Positions 12,555-24,179 of a stretch of 60,647 bases of DNA are shown one piece after another (position 1 is the stretch's first letter; each line of letters opens with the position of its first letter). The notes under the pieces were generated by a model. It ran no database searches, was not told where the DNA came from, and was given only the letters and a program-made list of their open reading frames with translations. The stretch lies in NCBI GenBank assembly GCA_000388065.2, contig KB932203.1, one strand, 5' to 3'. Origin of the DNA: Fonticula alba ATCC 38817 (lineage: Eukaryota; Protista; Nucleariida). Both the position numbers and the translations under genes were made by a program.

Positions 12555-14472
12555 AGAGAACAAGGATGAAGAGGACGCAGTGCGTGCGCACCCGTTGGAT
12601 AATCGGGTGCTGATAGAGAGGGATATTCGGATCAGTCCGAGGAATGTCCAGACGGATCTGATGAAGGGAGTCTGAGTCAGTGGTGGAGGGGGTGTCCCCG
12701 TGCAGGGAGGAATCGTCATGCCAGTAGTCTGCCACGGCGGCGAAGTATTCGCGGCGCTTCTGCTGGCGCGCCTCCTCCCTTCGGGCCCGATTGACTGGCA
12801 GGTAGCCCTGTGACCAGGTTTGTAGTGCGCGTGCGTGCGTGTGTGTGTGTGTGTGTGTGCAGGGGATAGGGAGTTGGATTCTGTCAATCGACACAGTCGG
12901 CCAGGGGGGGAGGGGCACGAAGGAGGGGCACCGCCGGGCGTACCATCAACAGCTGCCACACAGTCGCACGCAGATCGTTGGGTATTCCGTTCCAGCTGAG
13001 TTCACGCAATTTGGCCAACTCGACGGTCGGCTGCTCCAGCAGGTGCAGGAACTTCTCTCGACGGCTTTTGGGGATCCCATCAGCCGGGGGGGTGGTCGCG
13101 GCCGATCGAGACACACCGCCGACCAGTGACACCGTGGGGCTCGGTGGCTGAGACGCCGGTCGACTGGCAGAGTCGCCAAGATCCCCGGGTGCTGGGGCTT
13201 CGCCCATTGGCAGCCACTGGGACAGCATTTCGGCCGTCACGCGGTTGGAGAGACTTTGCCGGGACCGGCCATGCATCGAATCCATGGCTCCAGTCGCATC
13301 AACGCAGGGCGGCATGCTGCCAGGCAGGAGGGGCAAGCCGGGAGTCAGCCATCTTGGCCGCAATTAACATTCAGCGAGTGGCAGATTGCCCACGCAGATT
13401 GCCCACGCAGATTGCCCGGCAACTTGCCCAAGGACAGCGCCAAGAGGGGAGCCAAGCAAAGAGACACGCACTCTGGAGAGGTGGACTTCCTAGAAAAGAG
13501 CAAGGTGCGGGTGCCACGAGGCGAAGCCGGCACGGATTTGCTACTCGGGGGACCGGTGGTCGAGGCAGACGACAAGCCAACACCAGTCAGCAAGTCGCCA
13601 AAGGGCAGCGACGAGGACGACCCGCCATCGGATTCCGGCGTGGGCGAGGTGGCCGTATGGACAGATATCCCGGAGCGTGAGCGAGGCCGGCTGCCACCGA
13701 CCGCCGGGGCCGCATCACCGAAGGCAGCCAGGCCCCCGGAGGCGGGAGGATCCATGCGACTCTCCAAAATGACATCTTCATGCAGGGCAGAGGCCGCCAC
13801 GGCAGCCGGGGTGGCCGAATACCGGTAGGGAACCTGCGACAGAGGCTGGGCAGCGGACGTGCCCCCGGGAGCCGGCGAGCCAGGGCCCGTCCCGGGGAAG
13901 GCGGCCGAGGTGGCCCCGGTGCTGGACGACCGCGACCGGAAGCCGAAGAAGATCCCGCGCCGGGCACCTTCAAGTGTCTCGCCCATGGTGAGGGCGGCGG
14001 TGGCGGCGGCACTGGCGGCTGGTGTGGCGGCTGGGGCGTTGGCTGGGGGCTGGAGAAAAAGCGAGGGAAAGCTTCCGGTGGGGGAAGTCCGCCAGAAGTT
14101 GGCACGGAGGCTGTGCGGGTCCGGGATGCCGGAACCGTCGGCGGCTGCGGGGGTGGCGGCGGCGGACTGGGGATTGAGAAAGAGGGCCCCGGGGGGGTGC
14201 TGATGGTGCACCAAGGACAGGGAGCCGGATGACGACGACGATGCTGAGGGTGGTGGTGGGGGTGACGGTTGCAATGGCGGCGACGAGGCGGGCACGGCGG
14301 GGGCGTGGCTCATCAGCAGCGAGGCAGCCGACTGGCTGACGGGAAGCGGCCATGTGTCAGTCACAGGCACGGGGAACATGTTGGCAGCGGCATTGGGGGC
14401 CTTGGAGGGAGGGTGCGGAAGGCCGGACCGTCCAGCGCGCGGGTGACTATCCCCGGCCAATGGAACGGTCAT
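11004..14472 (-). CDS. TBC1D22: Rab-GAP of the TBC1D22/Gyp1 family. Exons 14472(start uncertain)-13472, 13352-12944, 12807-12592, 12433-12316, 12180-12077, 11933-11858, 11747-11620, 11503-11408, 11159-11004
   Basis: Motifs include LAKLRELSWNGIP, the Arg finger QIRLDIPRT, the Gln finger RHPASGYVQGINDL, EADSFWCLSRLLD, QFAFRWMNCLLMRE, RMWDTY and FHLYVCAAFL. Eight GT-AG introns are phase-consistent. The start Met is uncertain (in-frame ATGs from 14580 downwards). Confidence 0.92.
12486..12548. repeat. Compound (TG)n(CG)n(AG)n microsatellite in TBC1D22 intron 3
   Basis: Read directly. Confidence 0.9.
13381..13419. repeat. 13-bp minisatellite GCAGATTGCCCAC, about 3 copies, in TBC1D22 intron 1
   Basis: gcagattgcccac gcagattgcccac gcagattgcccgg read directly. 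Confidence 0.85.
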
Positions 14473-16615
14473 AGCAAAGGGGAGGAGGAAGGGCACAGGG
14501 GAGCCAGGGGACGGGGGGGGGGGGGAGGGAGGGGGGGAGAGGCGCAGGGCGGTGATAGAGGCTGTCTCCGACTCGCACATGGGGCTCTTAAGCTACGAGC
14601 CCATGGGAAGAGTCATGGTGGCGATCGCCGGTCCCTTGGCCACATTCGCAGGGAGCAGGGCACTCAAATTAACTAAAGCCCTACTCCCAATAGACACCGT
14701 GAGGAGGGCAGAGAGAGAGAGAGAGAGAGAGCTTAAGCAAAGTTAAAATGCCTACACCCCCGAGGGACAACACGTCAGGCGGGCGCTCCTCTCGACCAGC
14801 ATAACCATCACACACACAGGCAGGTGCAGACTCATGAGAGCACAAGAGTCGATGTGCTCCGTGCGAGCCCCTTGGCGGCGCATGCGTCAACATCTGTCCC
14901 CCGACTCTGGCCCGCCCGAGGGCAGGGAGGGGGGGCAGTGTGATCGCAGGTGTCCTCCCCCCTGCGCCCGCTCGCTTGGCCGTTCTCTTCTGTGTCTGTC
15001 CCACGCCCCGGACATGGGGTGATTAAACAGGGGCTTCTACGTTGGCAGCTGGCAGCCGCCGCCGGTTCCCTGTCCTGAGTTCGCCTGTGTTTGCGGCCGT
15101 GGCGCCGGCCTGGCAGCCTGCGTCGAGAGAGGGCCCGCCAACAGGGCAAGATGGCCCGCTGGGAGCGGCACAACCGCACATACGGCGCGCAATCACACCC
15201 ACAGCCCGGCGGGCGGCGTGTGGAAGGGGAGTCGGCAGGGGAGGGCGCATCTCAGGCGACGGAATGCCACACAGTGCGGGTCCGGGCTCCTGCCGAGCTT
15301 ACTTCGCCGAGGCGAAGGCACACACACACACCGTGGGCGAGGCCACTGAGGTGGCCATCAGAAGGGGACATGCACTCGGGGAAGGCAGGCAAAGCCAGAG
15401 TCGAGGAGGGGGGATGGGGAAAGGGGCGCAGGAAACGGGGGGACAGGGAGAAAGGCGTACTTTGGGGGAAGTAGATGGGGAGGGGCTAGAGCGCCAGATC
15501 ACCTTCGGGGTGAACGTAACAGGAGGTCCCTTCCGTGCAGATGGTTTTTAGGACTGCAGCTGAGGAGCAGTGTGTCCAAGGCGGGCGGCGACAGCAGGAC
15601 CAGCAGTATGATGAACGGAGCAAGCAAACAGACCAGGGCGCCGTGGAATAGGACGAGCGGGGGGCAAGGGAGGAGGGGAGGGGCCTTGTCTAGAGGCTGG
15701 GCTCGAGAGCCCGGTGGGGCACAACAAAAGAGGGGCTGACCACGGTGAGCACCTCCCCCCTCCGCGCCCCAAACACAAACACCATCGGGGGGGGGGGGGG
15801 ATGTAAACACCATGCAGTGGGTGGCAGATTGCGCGCGCACACGGACACACACACACACACACGCCCATGCACCCATGCGCCCATGCACAGCCTCATGGCT
15901 GGGGCATGGAACTTGCGCCCGGACCTTCTCGGTTCTGGGGTGCCCGCGCGCCCGCGCTCCTAACCGAAGAACACTGAAAACAGGGGCGGATGAAAACCGC
16001 CGCCAATGCCCCCCTCCCCCCCCCTTGCCTCACCAGGGCCCCCGTTGGAGGGCATTCCAATGGCCGTGGCCGGGAAAGGGGTCGTCGGGCTCGCTCCCGG
16101 CCGGACCTCCTGCCCACCCACACCCCCCCCCTCCCCCCGGTCCTGTGGGCGGCCGGTTGAACGGTTTAGACTCGCTGCCAGATCGATCGCGCTCCTCCCG
16201 ACGGCCCTCGGCTGGAATGCTCGCCCCCTCGCTCTGGCCCCATGCACGGGAGACGGGCACACGAGCCACCGACGGACGGCGCCCGGGCATCCGCATCCCG
16301 GCGGCCCGCCTCCCCCCCCCCCCCCCCCCCTCTCGGAGGGGGAAGCACGCGCCGGCGGTGGACGGGGCGTGCCCGACGAGGCGCGGAATCGTTGGCAGTT
16401 GGCAGCTTCTTCTGCCCCAGGCCCCCCGCCCTGGGTGGGTGAGGGGAGTCGCATCCATGAACCCGACCTCCCCCCCCCCCGCCGTCCTTCGCCCCCTCCT
16501 CGCCTCTTCTACCCACACATCCTTGTCCCTGGCTGCCGCGCCTTCGCACAGACAACACGCGTTCCTTCCCTGCCCTATTACACCTTGGGAAAAGAGAGGC
16601 ACCTGCTTCCCTGTC

Positions 16616-18076
16616 ATGCTCGCCTCTTCGCTGCTCTCCCTCCGCCGGCCGACGGCGGCACGCGCTCTCCTCCGGCGTGGCTTGGCCTCCCTGCCGGCCG
16701 GCACCAATGAGAGCCTTCACCTGCTGGCGGGGGAGATCTTCCCCGGAGCCACGGGCACGATGGCCGCGCCGACCCGGCTGGGCCGCGCCGGCGGCGCCGT
16801 TCCGCATCTGGCCGCCGGGCCGCATCATGTCCTCTGGACCGAGCGCCGGCCTGACACCGGGGACACCCTCCGCGGAGCCGGAGTAAACACCCACGGGCAA
16901 CTTGGCGCCGGGTTGCTGATGGACCTCGACGCCCACGAGAGCCGGCTGACGGACGGCCTGGTGCCGGCGCCCGAGGCCGATCGCCTGGTTCTCCCAGACA
17001 TCGATGTTAGCCGCACGTCCCTGCCGGAGTCCTGGCGTGTGGAGGCTCTGGCCACCGGGCGGGCACATGGCGCCGCCCTACTCCAGCGGGTCTCCGGCAC
17101 CGGGACCGGCACCCCCGAGCAGGTGCTTGCCCTGCAGGGAGCCAACATTTTCGGCCAGCTTGGTGCCCAGGCCGGGCGGCGCGAGGGATTCCAGCTGGCT
17201 CTGGCCCCGGTCGGCCAGCCGGTGACTGCTCTGTCTGCCGGGCTCGACCACACTGTTGTGGCCATGCGGTCTCCCTCGGGCGGCCATGCTGGCGGGTCTT
17301 CCCCCTCCGGGATCGTGGCCTCCGGGTGGGATGCCGATTGCCAGCTTGGGCCATTTGCCTCGTCCACCGGGCTGCTGAAGGCCCTGAGCATGCCGGCGCA
17401 GGTGGCCGGAGCATGCGACACCTCGGCCGCTCCGGCGGGGATGCCCGCCCCGACGCGACTTGTCTGCGGGGCGGACTTCACCCTGGCCCTGACGGCCGAT
17501 GGCCGGGTCTTTGCCTGGGGCAACAACGAGTATGGCCAGTGTGGGACGCCGGTCACCCCGGGCGCCGACCGGCTGGCCCAGCCGGTGTGCATTCCCCTGG
17601 CCGAGGAGTCCGACGACCCGGTGGTGGACCTGGCCGCCGGGGCGCAGTTTGGTTTGGCTGTCCGCCGCTCCGGCCGGGTTGAGGTGTGGGGCGACGACCC
17701 GGTCGGCCTGACTGCGGTCTTGCCGGCTGGCGACCGGTGGCCCGTGCATTTCGGTGCCCATGCTCCGGGGCGACTCTCCTCCACCTCGGCGGGCCCTGAC
17801 ACCCGACACCTCCCTCGGTTGGTGGACATTTTCGGCCAGCGAAAGGTCCGCCTGGCTGTGGCCGGCTTTTCCCGCGCGGCTCTGCTCCTGGACAATGGCC
17901 TGCTGCTGGTGGCTGGCCCGGCTCTCCCCGGGCCGGAATCCCGGCTCCCGGCCCTCATGCCCGGGATGCTGGCGTCAGGCTCGGCTCCCGAGTGGGCCTC
18001 CTTTGCGGTTCCCGGGCGCGCGGTCTCCCGTCTGGCTCTCGGCGAGCGCGCCCTCTATGCCGTGATCGGTGAGTGA
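16616..18076 (+). CDS. RCC1L: Intronless RCC1-repeat protein with predicted mitochondrial presequence (RCC1L/WBSCR16-like)
   Basis: RCC1 repeats: GVNTHGQLG, GANIFGQLG, LSAGLDHTVV, SGWDADCQLG, LVCGADFTLALTADGRVFAWGNNEYGQCG, VVDLAAGAQFGLAVRRSGRVEVWG. The N-terminus MLASSLLSLRRPTAARALLRRGLASL is Arg/Leu/Ser-rich and acid-free. Orthology to RCC1L is inferred from the presequence plus fold. Confidence 0.75.
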   Translation: MLASSLLSLRRPTAARALLRRGLASLPAGTNESLHLLAGEIFPGATGTMAAPTRLGRAGGAVPHLAAGPHHVLWTERRPDTGDTLRGAGVNTHGQLGAGLLMDLDAHESRLTDGLVPAPEADRLVLPDIDVSRTSLPESWRVEALATGRAHGAALLQRVSGTGTGTPEQVLALQGANIFGQLGAQAGRREGFQLALAPVGQPVTALSAGLDHTVVAMRSPSGGHAGGSSPSGIVASGWDADCQLGPFASSTGLLKALSMPAQVAGACDTSAAPAGMPAPTRLVCGADFTLALTADGRVFAWGNNEYGQCGTPVTPGADRLAQPVCIPLAEESDDPVVDLAAGAQFGLAVRRSGRVEVWGDDPVGLTAVLPAGDRWPVHFGAHAPGRLSSTSAGPDTRHLPRLVDIFGQRKVRLAVAGFSRAALLLDNGLLLVAGPALPGPESRLPALMPGMLASGSAPEWASFAVPGRAVSRLALGERALYAVIGE

Positions 18077-18101
18077 AGCCAAATAGAGCAGCGAGACACT
18101 G

Positions 18102-18124
18102 GCATACACAGACACACAGACACA

Positions 18125-18171
<47 letters not shown>

Positions 18172-18190
18172 ACACACACACACACACACA
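18102..18190. repeat. Imperfect (CA)n microsatellite immediately 3' of RCC1L
   Basis: Read directly. Confidence 0.95.
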
Positions 18191-19398
18191 TGGACAGGCC
18201 AAATGGGCGAGAAACGTGCTCGAATACACCACTCTGAGATCTCAGCATTCCGGATATTTTCGCGGTCTTCATGTTCTGCTCAACTTTGAACGACATTCCT
18301 CTGCGATTTGCTCACGTGCCACGGACAGATGATCCACCGATTGATGGGGAAAAGATTGACCAGCATTGTGCAGCGGGCAGGGGGCTTGGACTGCCTGTCT
18401 CGGCCCCTGTGCCCATCAAAAAGCGGGAACACTGTGCGTTACATGCGTGTGTGTGTGTGTACACCTGTGTGTGTTGTGCAAGGGGGAGCGCGACGACCCA
18501 TCCTCCCCGGGCCTGCCCCCGTGAGGGGCTCGAAGTCTTCGACTGCCTCTGCGCCGGCGGTCCTGCGAGCATCCACCCGGGGGGATTAAGTCCCTGTGGG
18601 GTGGTGGCCCAAGCGGGACATGCATGGGGGGGGGGGGGGCACCCGCACTCCTTGCCCCCGTCTCTTCGTGGGGCGGCGGCGGGGGCGGGGCGGGTCTTGG
18701 CTGGGAGTCCGGACGCCCCCTGTCGGCGTTGGTGGGGGCCTCCGGGCCGGCGGCGGCGCCGACAAGATCGTGCACTGGGCCGGGTGACATATCGGCCCCG
18801 GCGGAAGGCGGAGAGCTCCCCCGCCCCCCTTCGAGCGTGGTGGGGCAGCCCACTCCCCCTGCCGGGGCGAAAACAACATCGACGAGGTCTATGCCGCGCT
18901 GTGCCGATGCACATCCACACCGCGTGAGTGCTTCCCCAGGCTGGGTAGCTCCTCGAGCGAATCCACGCATTTCGCCCAGCTCCCCTCCACACAGGCCGAC
19001 ATGCTGGGATCTCTCCCCTGGCCACACGCCAGGTTCACCTCACTCTCTGGGCGGGACACCGCGGGCCATGAAGCTACACGACTCGGGTCCCCCCCCCCCC
19101 CCCGGTCGATCTCTAGCCTCGGGACTGCCGCTCAAAAGGGCAGATCCCGCGCGCATGGCCTGGGAGCCATCGTCGGTCACCGCCCCCCTCACCGCCCGTG
19201 CCGTCGCTTTTCTCCCTGTTCTTTCTACGACACTTTCCTCCCCCCCCTCCCCCCCGACGCCCCTCGCACCGCCACCTGCCCCGCCACTTCCCCCACGCGA
19301 GCACGCACCTCCTTGACGGAATCGTGCCTCCCTGCCTCCAGCTCCATCGCCCCGCCCGCCCGTCTGGCCGCCTCGCGCTCGCACACGCCCACGGCCGA

Positions 19399-22342
19399 AT
19401 GTCCATGCCCCACTCGTCCGAGGAGGCTGCGCCGCCCAACGTCAGCTGGGAGGGCGCCCCGGCGCCCCCCTGCGAGGGTGCTTCCGCCGCGGACGTTGCC
19501 CCGGTCGGCCACTCCGCCTGCGGGACCCTGCATGCATGGCCTCTGGCCCTGGCCCTGTCGGGGGACCTGTCGGGACTGATTGCCACCGACGCCCCCTCGA
19601 CCGAGGCCTCGGTTCTGACCGAGGCCCCGGCCGATGGGTACCTCCTGCCGCCGGTCTTCTCGCACACCGCTTCGCAGGTGGTCGTGCTCCCCACTCCGAC
19701 CACCTTCGCCACGCGCCTGCTGGCCGAGATCGCCGAAGCCCGGCATCGCATCCTCCTTACTTCGCTGTACCTCGGCACCGGGCCGGTGGAAAGGACCCTG
19801 ACTGCGGCTCTGCATGAGGCCCTCGCCCGGGAGCCCGGCCTCCAGGTGCACATCGTGCTGGATGCCATGCGCGGGACCCGGCCCGATGGCCCGACCGGCG
19901 AGGACACCGGCGATTTGACGTCCACCTCCTTGCCCGACGCCTCCTCCGGCCCGGCCGTCTCCTCTTTCTATGAGCACCTGCCAGCTCAGTCATCCCTGGA
20001 TTTGCTCCGGCCCTTGTGGCATACCTTCGGCGCGGACCGCGTCCAGCTCTCTTTCTACCACACGCCGGATCTAAATGGCCTGTTGAAGGCGTACGTCCGT
20101 TGGTCAGGGTCGACCCCTCCTCGGCCCGCAGCTCGCCGCCCGACCGCCCGCCCCCCAAGTCCTAACCCATCATTTATTCCGGCTCTCCCCCTCTCTCGCC
20201 CTCTCTCCCTGCTGGATATGGGTCCTCCTTTCCTCTTGTGGCCAATCGTTGCAGCGCGCTTCCCCCTCGGTTCAATGAGGTGATCGGCGTCCAGCACGCC
20301 AAGGCCTACATCGTCGATGACAATTGCATTCTTTCGGGCGCCAACCTGGCTGGCCAGTACTTCACCACTCGCCAGGACCGGTACATTCTCCTCAGCCGGT
20401 CGGCCGACCTCTCGGACTACTACTGGGACTTCGGGCAAGTTCTTCGCTCCATCGGTCGGGCTTACGCTGGGCGTCTGCCGGCCGGCAGCGAGCCCCCTCC
20501 GAAAGACCGGGTCGAGCGAACCACCGTCCCCGACTCGCCGGACTACACTGTCATCGACACCCTGGGCAACATCTGGCAGTGTGACATCGATGCCGCCTCC
20601 GACTCGGCCATTCTGCGTCAGTTGGGCCAGTACGTCCGATGCTGTCTCTCTCTCTCCCTCTCTCGAGACCAAACGCCTCCCTGCCCTCCTCAGTAGTCCT
20701 TTGTGCCCCCCTCTTGCTCACCTGAACGCCTTTCCCCGCTCCCCGGCCCATGCTCCTGGTCTATTTTTTTTTCTTGGCGTTCGCAGCAACCGCCTGGTGT
20801 CCTTCATCCGCATGCAGCGCCAGTACGCTTTTCCCACTTGACTCGCCCCCGGCTGCTTGGCTTGCTCCACCCTCCTCCCTCTTTATTCACTCTGCCTCCC
20901 GTACTTCGGCCAGGAAAACCCTTCCCCTGGCAAACGCCCTGCGTGCTGAGCTCTTCCGCCATCCAAACCGGCATCCGGTTCTCCGGGCCTCGGACATTGC
21001 TCCCTCAACATATGCCAGCCCCCGGGGGGGGTCGCCCAATGGCTTGCAATCTCGCTCGACCGCCGAGGACTTGCACTCCCTCGGCATCGACCATGTGGCC
21101 CTTTCCTCGCCGCTGCATTCGGTCACCACCGAGGAGGCCGAGCTTTTGGACACCTTCATCGTTCCCTTTATCCAGGCTGCCCCGCTCGGGGTGCACCAGG
21201 ATGCTCTCTTCACGCGCGCCCTCTTCCGCGGGCCGTCCGACGTGCTGAGCTTCTTGGCTCCGCGCACTCCGATCCCGGAAGACGGCCCTCAGGATGCCGA
21301 GCAGCCGCCCACGGTGTCGGCCTCGTCGGCCTCGCTGGATCGCCAGACCCCGGCCGGGCCTGGCTCGAGCTTGGCCTCCATGCGGCCCTCCCTGCACCTG
21401 GCCACGGGGTACCTGAACCTTTGTGACCAGCTGGAGCCAGCACTTTTGGCGTCTGCTCGGACGCCGGGGCTCCCGTCCGACGTGACTGCCCTGCCCCCGG
21501 GGCTGGGCTTCGCCATGCTGGCCCAGTCGCAGACCCCCGATCACGAGTCCGGCCCGCGGGATGTCCCGCCCGGCATGCTGGCCTCCTCCAGCAGTGGCTT
21601 CTCCTCGGTCGACTTGCTGACGGCCGCCCCGGAGGCCAACGGCTTCTTCGGGGCCAATGGCATCGCCCGACATGTGCCCTCGGTCTATACGCAAATCTCC
21701 CGGGACTTCCTCCACCGGGTGGAGTCCACCGAGGCCGGGGCCAATGCCCAGGGAGGGCAGATCCGCCTCTGGGAGTGGGCAAAGGCCGGGTGGACCTTCC
21801 ACGGGAAGGGTGCGCGCCTCGACCCTTGACCACCGTTGAATGTTTTCTTCCGCGCGCACGCGCTGTCTCCTTCTCTCTTTCTCGCATCTTTACCTGCTGC
21901 TGCTGCCATTTAACCCCTTGAAACCCCTCCTCCCACTCTCGTCCCCCGCCGCCGGTCGCAGGGATTTGGTATCGACCAACGTCCACCGAGCCGCCCTCCA
22001 TGACAATGGTTGGCTCTCCGAATTACGGTATGACACATCCCCCTGTCTCGGTGCCACGCCCTTCCCTCGCTCTCTCTCGCTCTCGCTCTTTCTCTCCTTC
22101 TGCCTCTTTGCCGTTCCGCTGACATCCTGTCGAAAGGCCACCGCTCGACGACACGCGATATCGAGTCCCAAATCATGATTTCCACCGCCAATCCCGACCT
22201 TCGGCGACGTCTGGCCGACGAGCAGGCCATTCTCTATAGCCCTGTGGCCCGGGTAACCGGGGCTGTGCTGGACCATGCGCAGGAGCGCCGCGTGGCCCTT
22301 GGCGTGCGCGCTGCCGTCTACATTGTTCGGCGTTTCTTCTGA
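19399..22342 (+). CDS. PGS1: Mitochondrial phosphatidylglycerophosphate synthase (PLD-type PGS1). Exons about 19399(5' end uncertain)-20090, 20255-20629, 20787-20822, 20914-21809, 21962-22027, 22137-22342
   Basis: Motifs include RILLTSLYLG, LDAMRGTR, RFNEVIGVQHAKAYIVDD (HKD1), LSGANL..YFTTRQDRY, LATGYLN, TAAPEANGFFGA, WTFHGKGIWY (HK2), MVGSPNYGHRS..RDIESQ and C-terminal ERRV...RRFF. Introns are phase-consistent. The true start may lie in an upstream exon. Confidence 0.92.
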
Positions 22343-22665
22343 CCTTGGGCCACACTACTCCTCCCCTCCCCCCCCCCTTTATCCTTCCGGTTCCCTTCGC
22401 CGTGACCCACTTCCTCTCTCTCTCTGCCTCTATCTTTCCACTGTCCCATGTGCGGAATGGTGGGAGTGCACAACAATAGATCAGTGTCCTGTGCTTTGTC
22501 ATCTCTCCCCTTCTCCGGAAATCGGCGCGCATGCAAGTTGTCTATCTATTGTGAGGGTTTAGAAGGAGGGGGAGAAAGGGGAGAAGCCATGGTGGTGGGG
22601 GTGATGATGCCGTGGCACCACGGACACACCAATGGCCCTGCACTTGGGCCGGTCGATCACCTGCC

Positions 22666-24179
22666 TCAATAAATGGCATGGAGCAAAGAGAGAATGCGAT
22701 CCAGGTGAAGGTTGATGTCGAAACGGGGAATGGAGCCGGAATGCCCCTGCTCGGCCTTGTTCGCCGGAGCCGGCGACAGCTCCACCACAACCTGGCCCTC
22801 CGGGTGGAGGCGACGCTCAGTATGCTCGGCCGGCAGCATGGCCTGGATGAGTTGGCGCCCCTCGTCATTGGCCTTCTCCCCGGCAAACGCAATCTTGGAG
22901 GAGGTCTTCGGATCCAGGAAGCCAGACACCACCTTGAAGGCAGGGTAGAAGATCCAGGGGGACCGGATCATGAAGGTCTTGCCCAGACGCTCGGGGTAGT
23001 GGTGAGACAGGACATTGATGAAGTTCTTCGACTGCCCGATCGAGGGGAAGGTCGAGCTGCTGTAGTTGTCGAAATCAATCAGAACCAGCCACTGGGACAC
23101 GCCGCGCGGCATGAGGGCCACCATAGCCTCGAAAGTGAAGAGCACATGAAGAACTGGGCACCGGGGAGGCGAGAGGGAGAGAGGGAGGCAGGGAGATGAT
23201 GGTGTTAGTTAATGATGAAAATAAAACAGTCACGGAGGGAGAGGGAGAGAGACATATGTCACACCGCGACAGAGGCACGAGGGGAGGAAAGGGCAGGCGA
23301 GGAAAAGGCAGGCGAGGAAAAGGCCGGAAGCAAACGAGGACAGGCCCGTCACAACGCCATGTGTTTTACAACCTCGCGGCGTCGGGCGGGCGGGGGCTGA
23401 GGGATACGGCACGCACTCTGACGCTCAAAGGTGGAGGTGTTCTCCCGGCCCGGGGCCATGGAGAGGACCGGCCGACCGCCATGGTCGAAGCCCGAGCCAA
23501 AGAGCTTGCCAGTCTCGGCCTCGGCGCAGATGTCCGACCGGCGAATGCGATAGGGCTTGGTGGCGGAGCGCCACTCACACGTGGCACGCAGCATCTTCTC
23601 CGCGTCGGCGGCGGAGAAGTTCCGCGCACGCAGATACCGCACCAGGCACGCCCCATCCAGGGGGAAGAGGGCGTCCGGAGCGGCGAGGGGCTCGCTGCCG
23701 TCGAAGGCGCCGGAAAGGCGCTCACGCAGCTCGGTGAACGCCTCGCGTTGGTCCTCATCATCCAACGAGGCCAGGGCATCCTCATCGGACTGGGGGAAAC
23801 GGAAGGCCGAGGACCGGGCCACCGCGGCCAGCAGCTGGTCCAGGGCATCCTCGCTGACCGGCGGATCAACATGGTCATCGCCATCAGACGTGTCATTCGG
23901 GTTCGGCGGCAGGGTGATCTTGGTGCCGGCCTGGCGCCCGGCATGGGCGGCCGTGGCCCACCGGGGCCGGAGGAACGGCAGGGAGCTGGGGTCCGTGGCA
24001 GCCGGCAGGAGAAGGGCCGCGCGCTCGGCCTCCGGGGCCCCGGGCTGCAGGGCCTCCGTCAGGATGCGGTTGGCGGTGTCCGGGTCATACTCGAGATCCG
24101 GCGCATCCGGCCCGGCCGGGACCAAGAGCGACAGGTCAATCCAGTCGCCGGCGTCAATGGGAGACGAGGGAGTGGACAT
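22666..24179 (-). CDS. CRAL-TRIO / Sec14-like lipid-transfer protein (Pdr16/Sfh3-like). Exons 24179-23417, 23153-22666
   Basis: Motifs include CLVRYLRARNF...AEKMLRATCEWR, EAETGKLFGSGFDHGGRPVL..PGRENT and HYPERLGKTFMIRSPWIFYPAFKVVSGFLDPKTSSKIAF. The single phase-1 intron is consistent. Confidence 0.9.

Noticed and set aside
13381-13419. Short direct repeats (13-bp here; 15-bp at about 23292-23325; 10-bp at about 60259-60288; 14-bp at about 60426-60462) as possible CRISPR-like arrays
   Set aside because: Only 2-3 adjacent copies without unique spacers, in a eukaryotic context. These are ordinary minisatellites.
15499-15700. Hydrophobic - strand ORF segment LVLFHGALVCLLAPFIILLVLL in the TBC1D22/RCC1L divergent spacer
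   Set aside because: No credible start or acceptor in the right orientation and no family match. It remains an unproven small membrane ORF.
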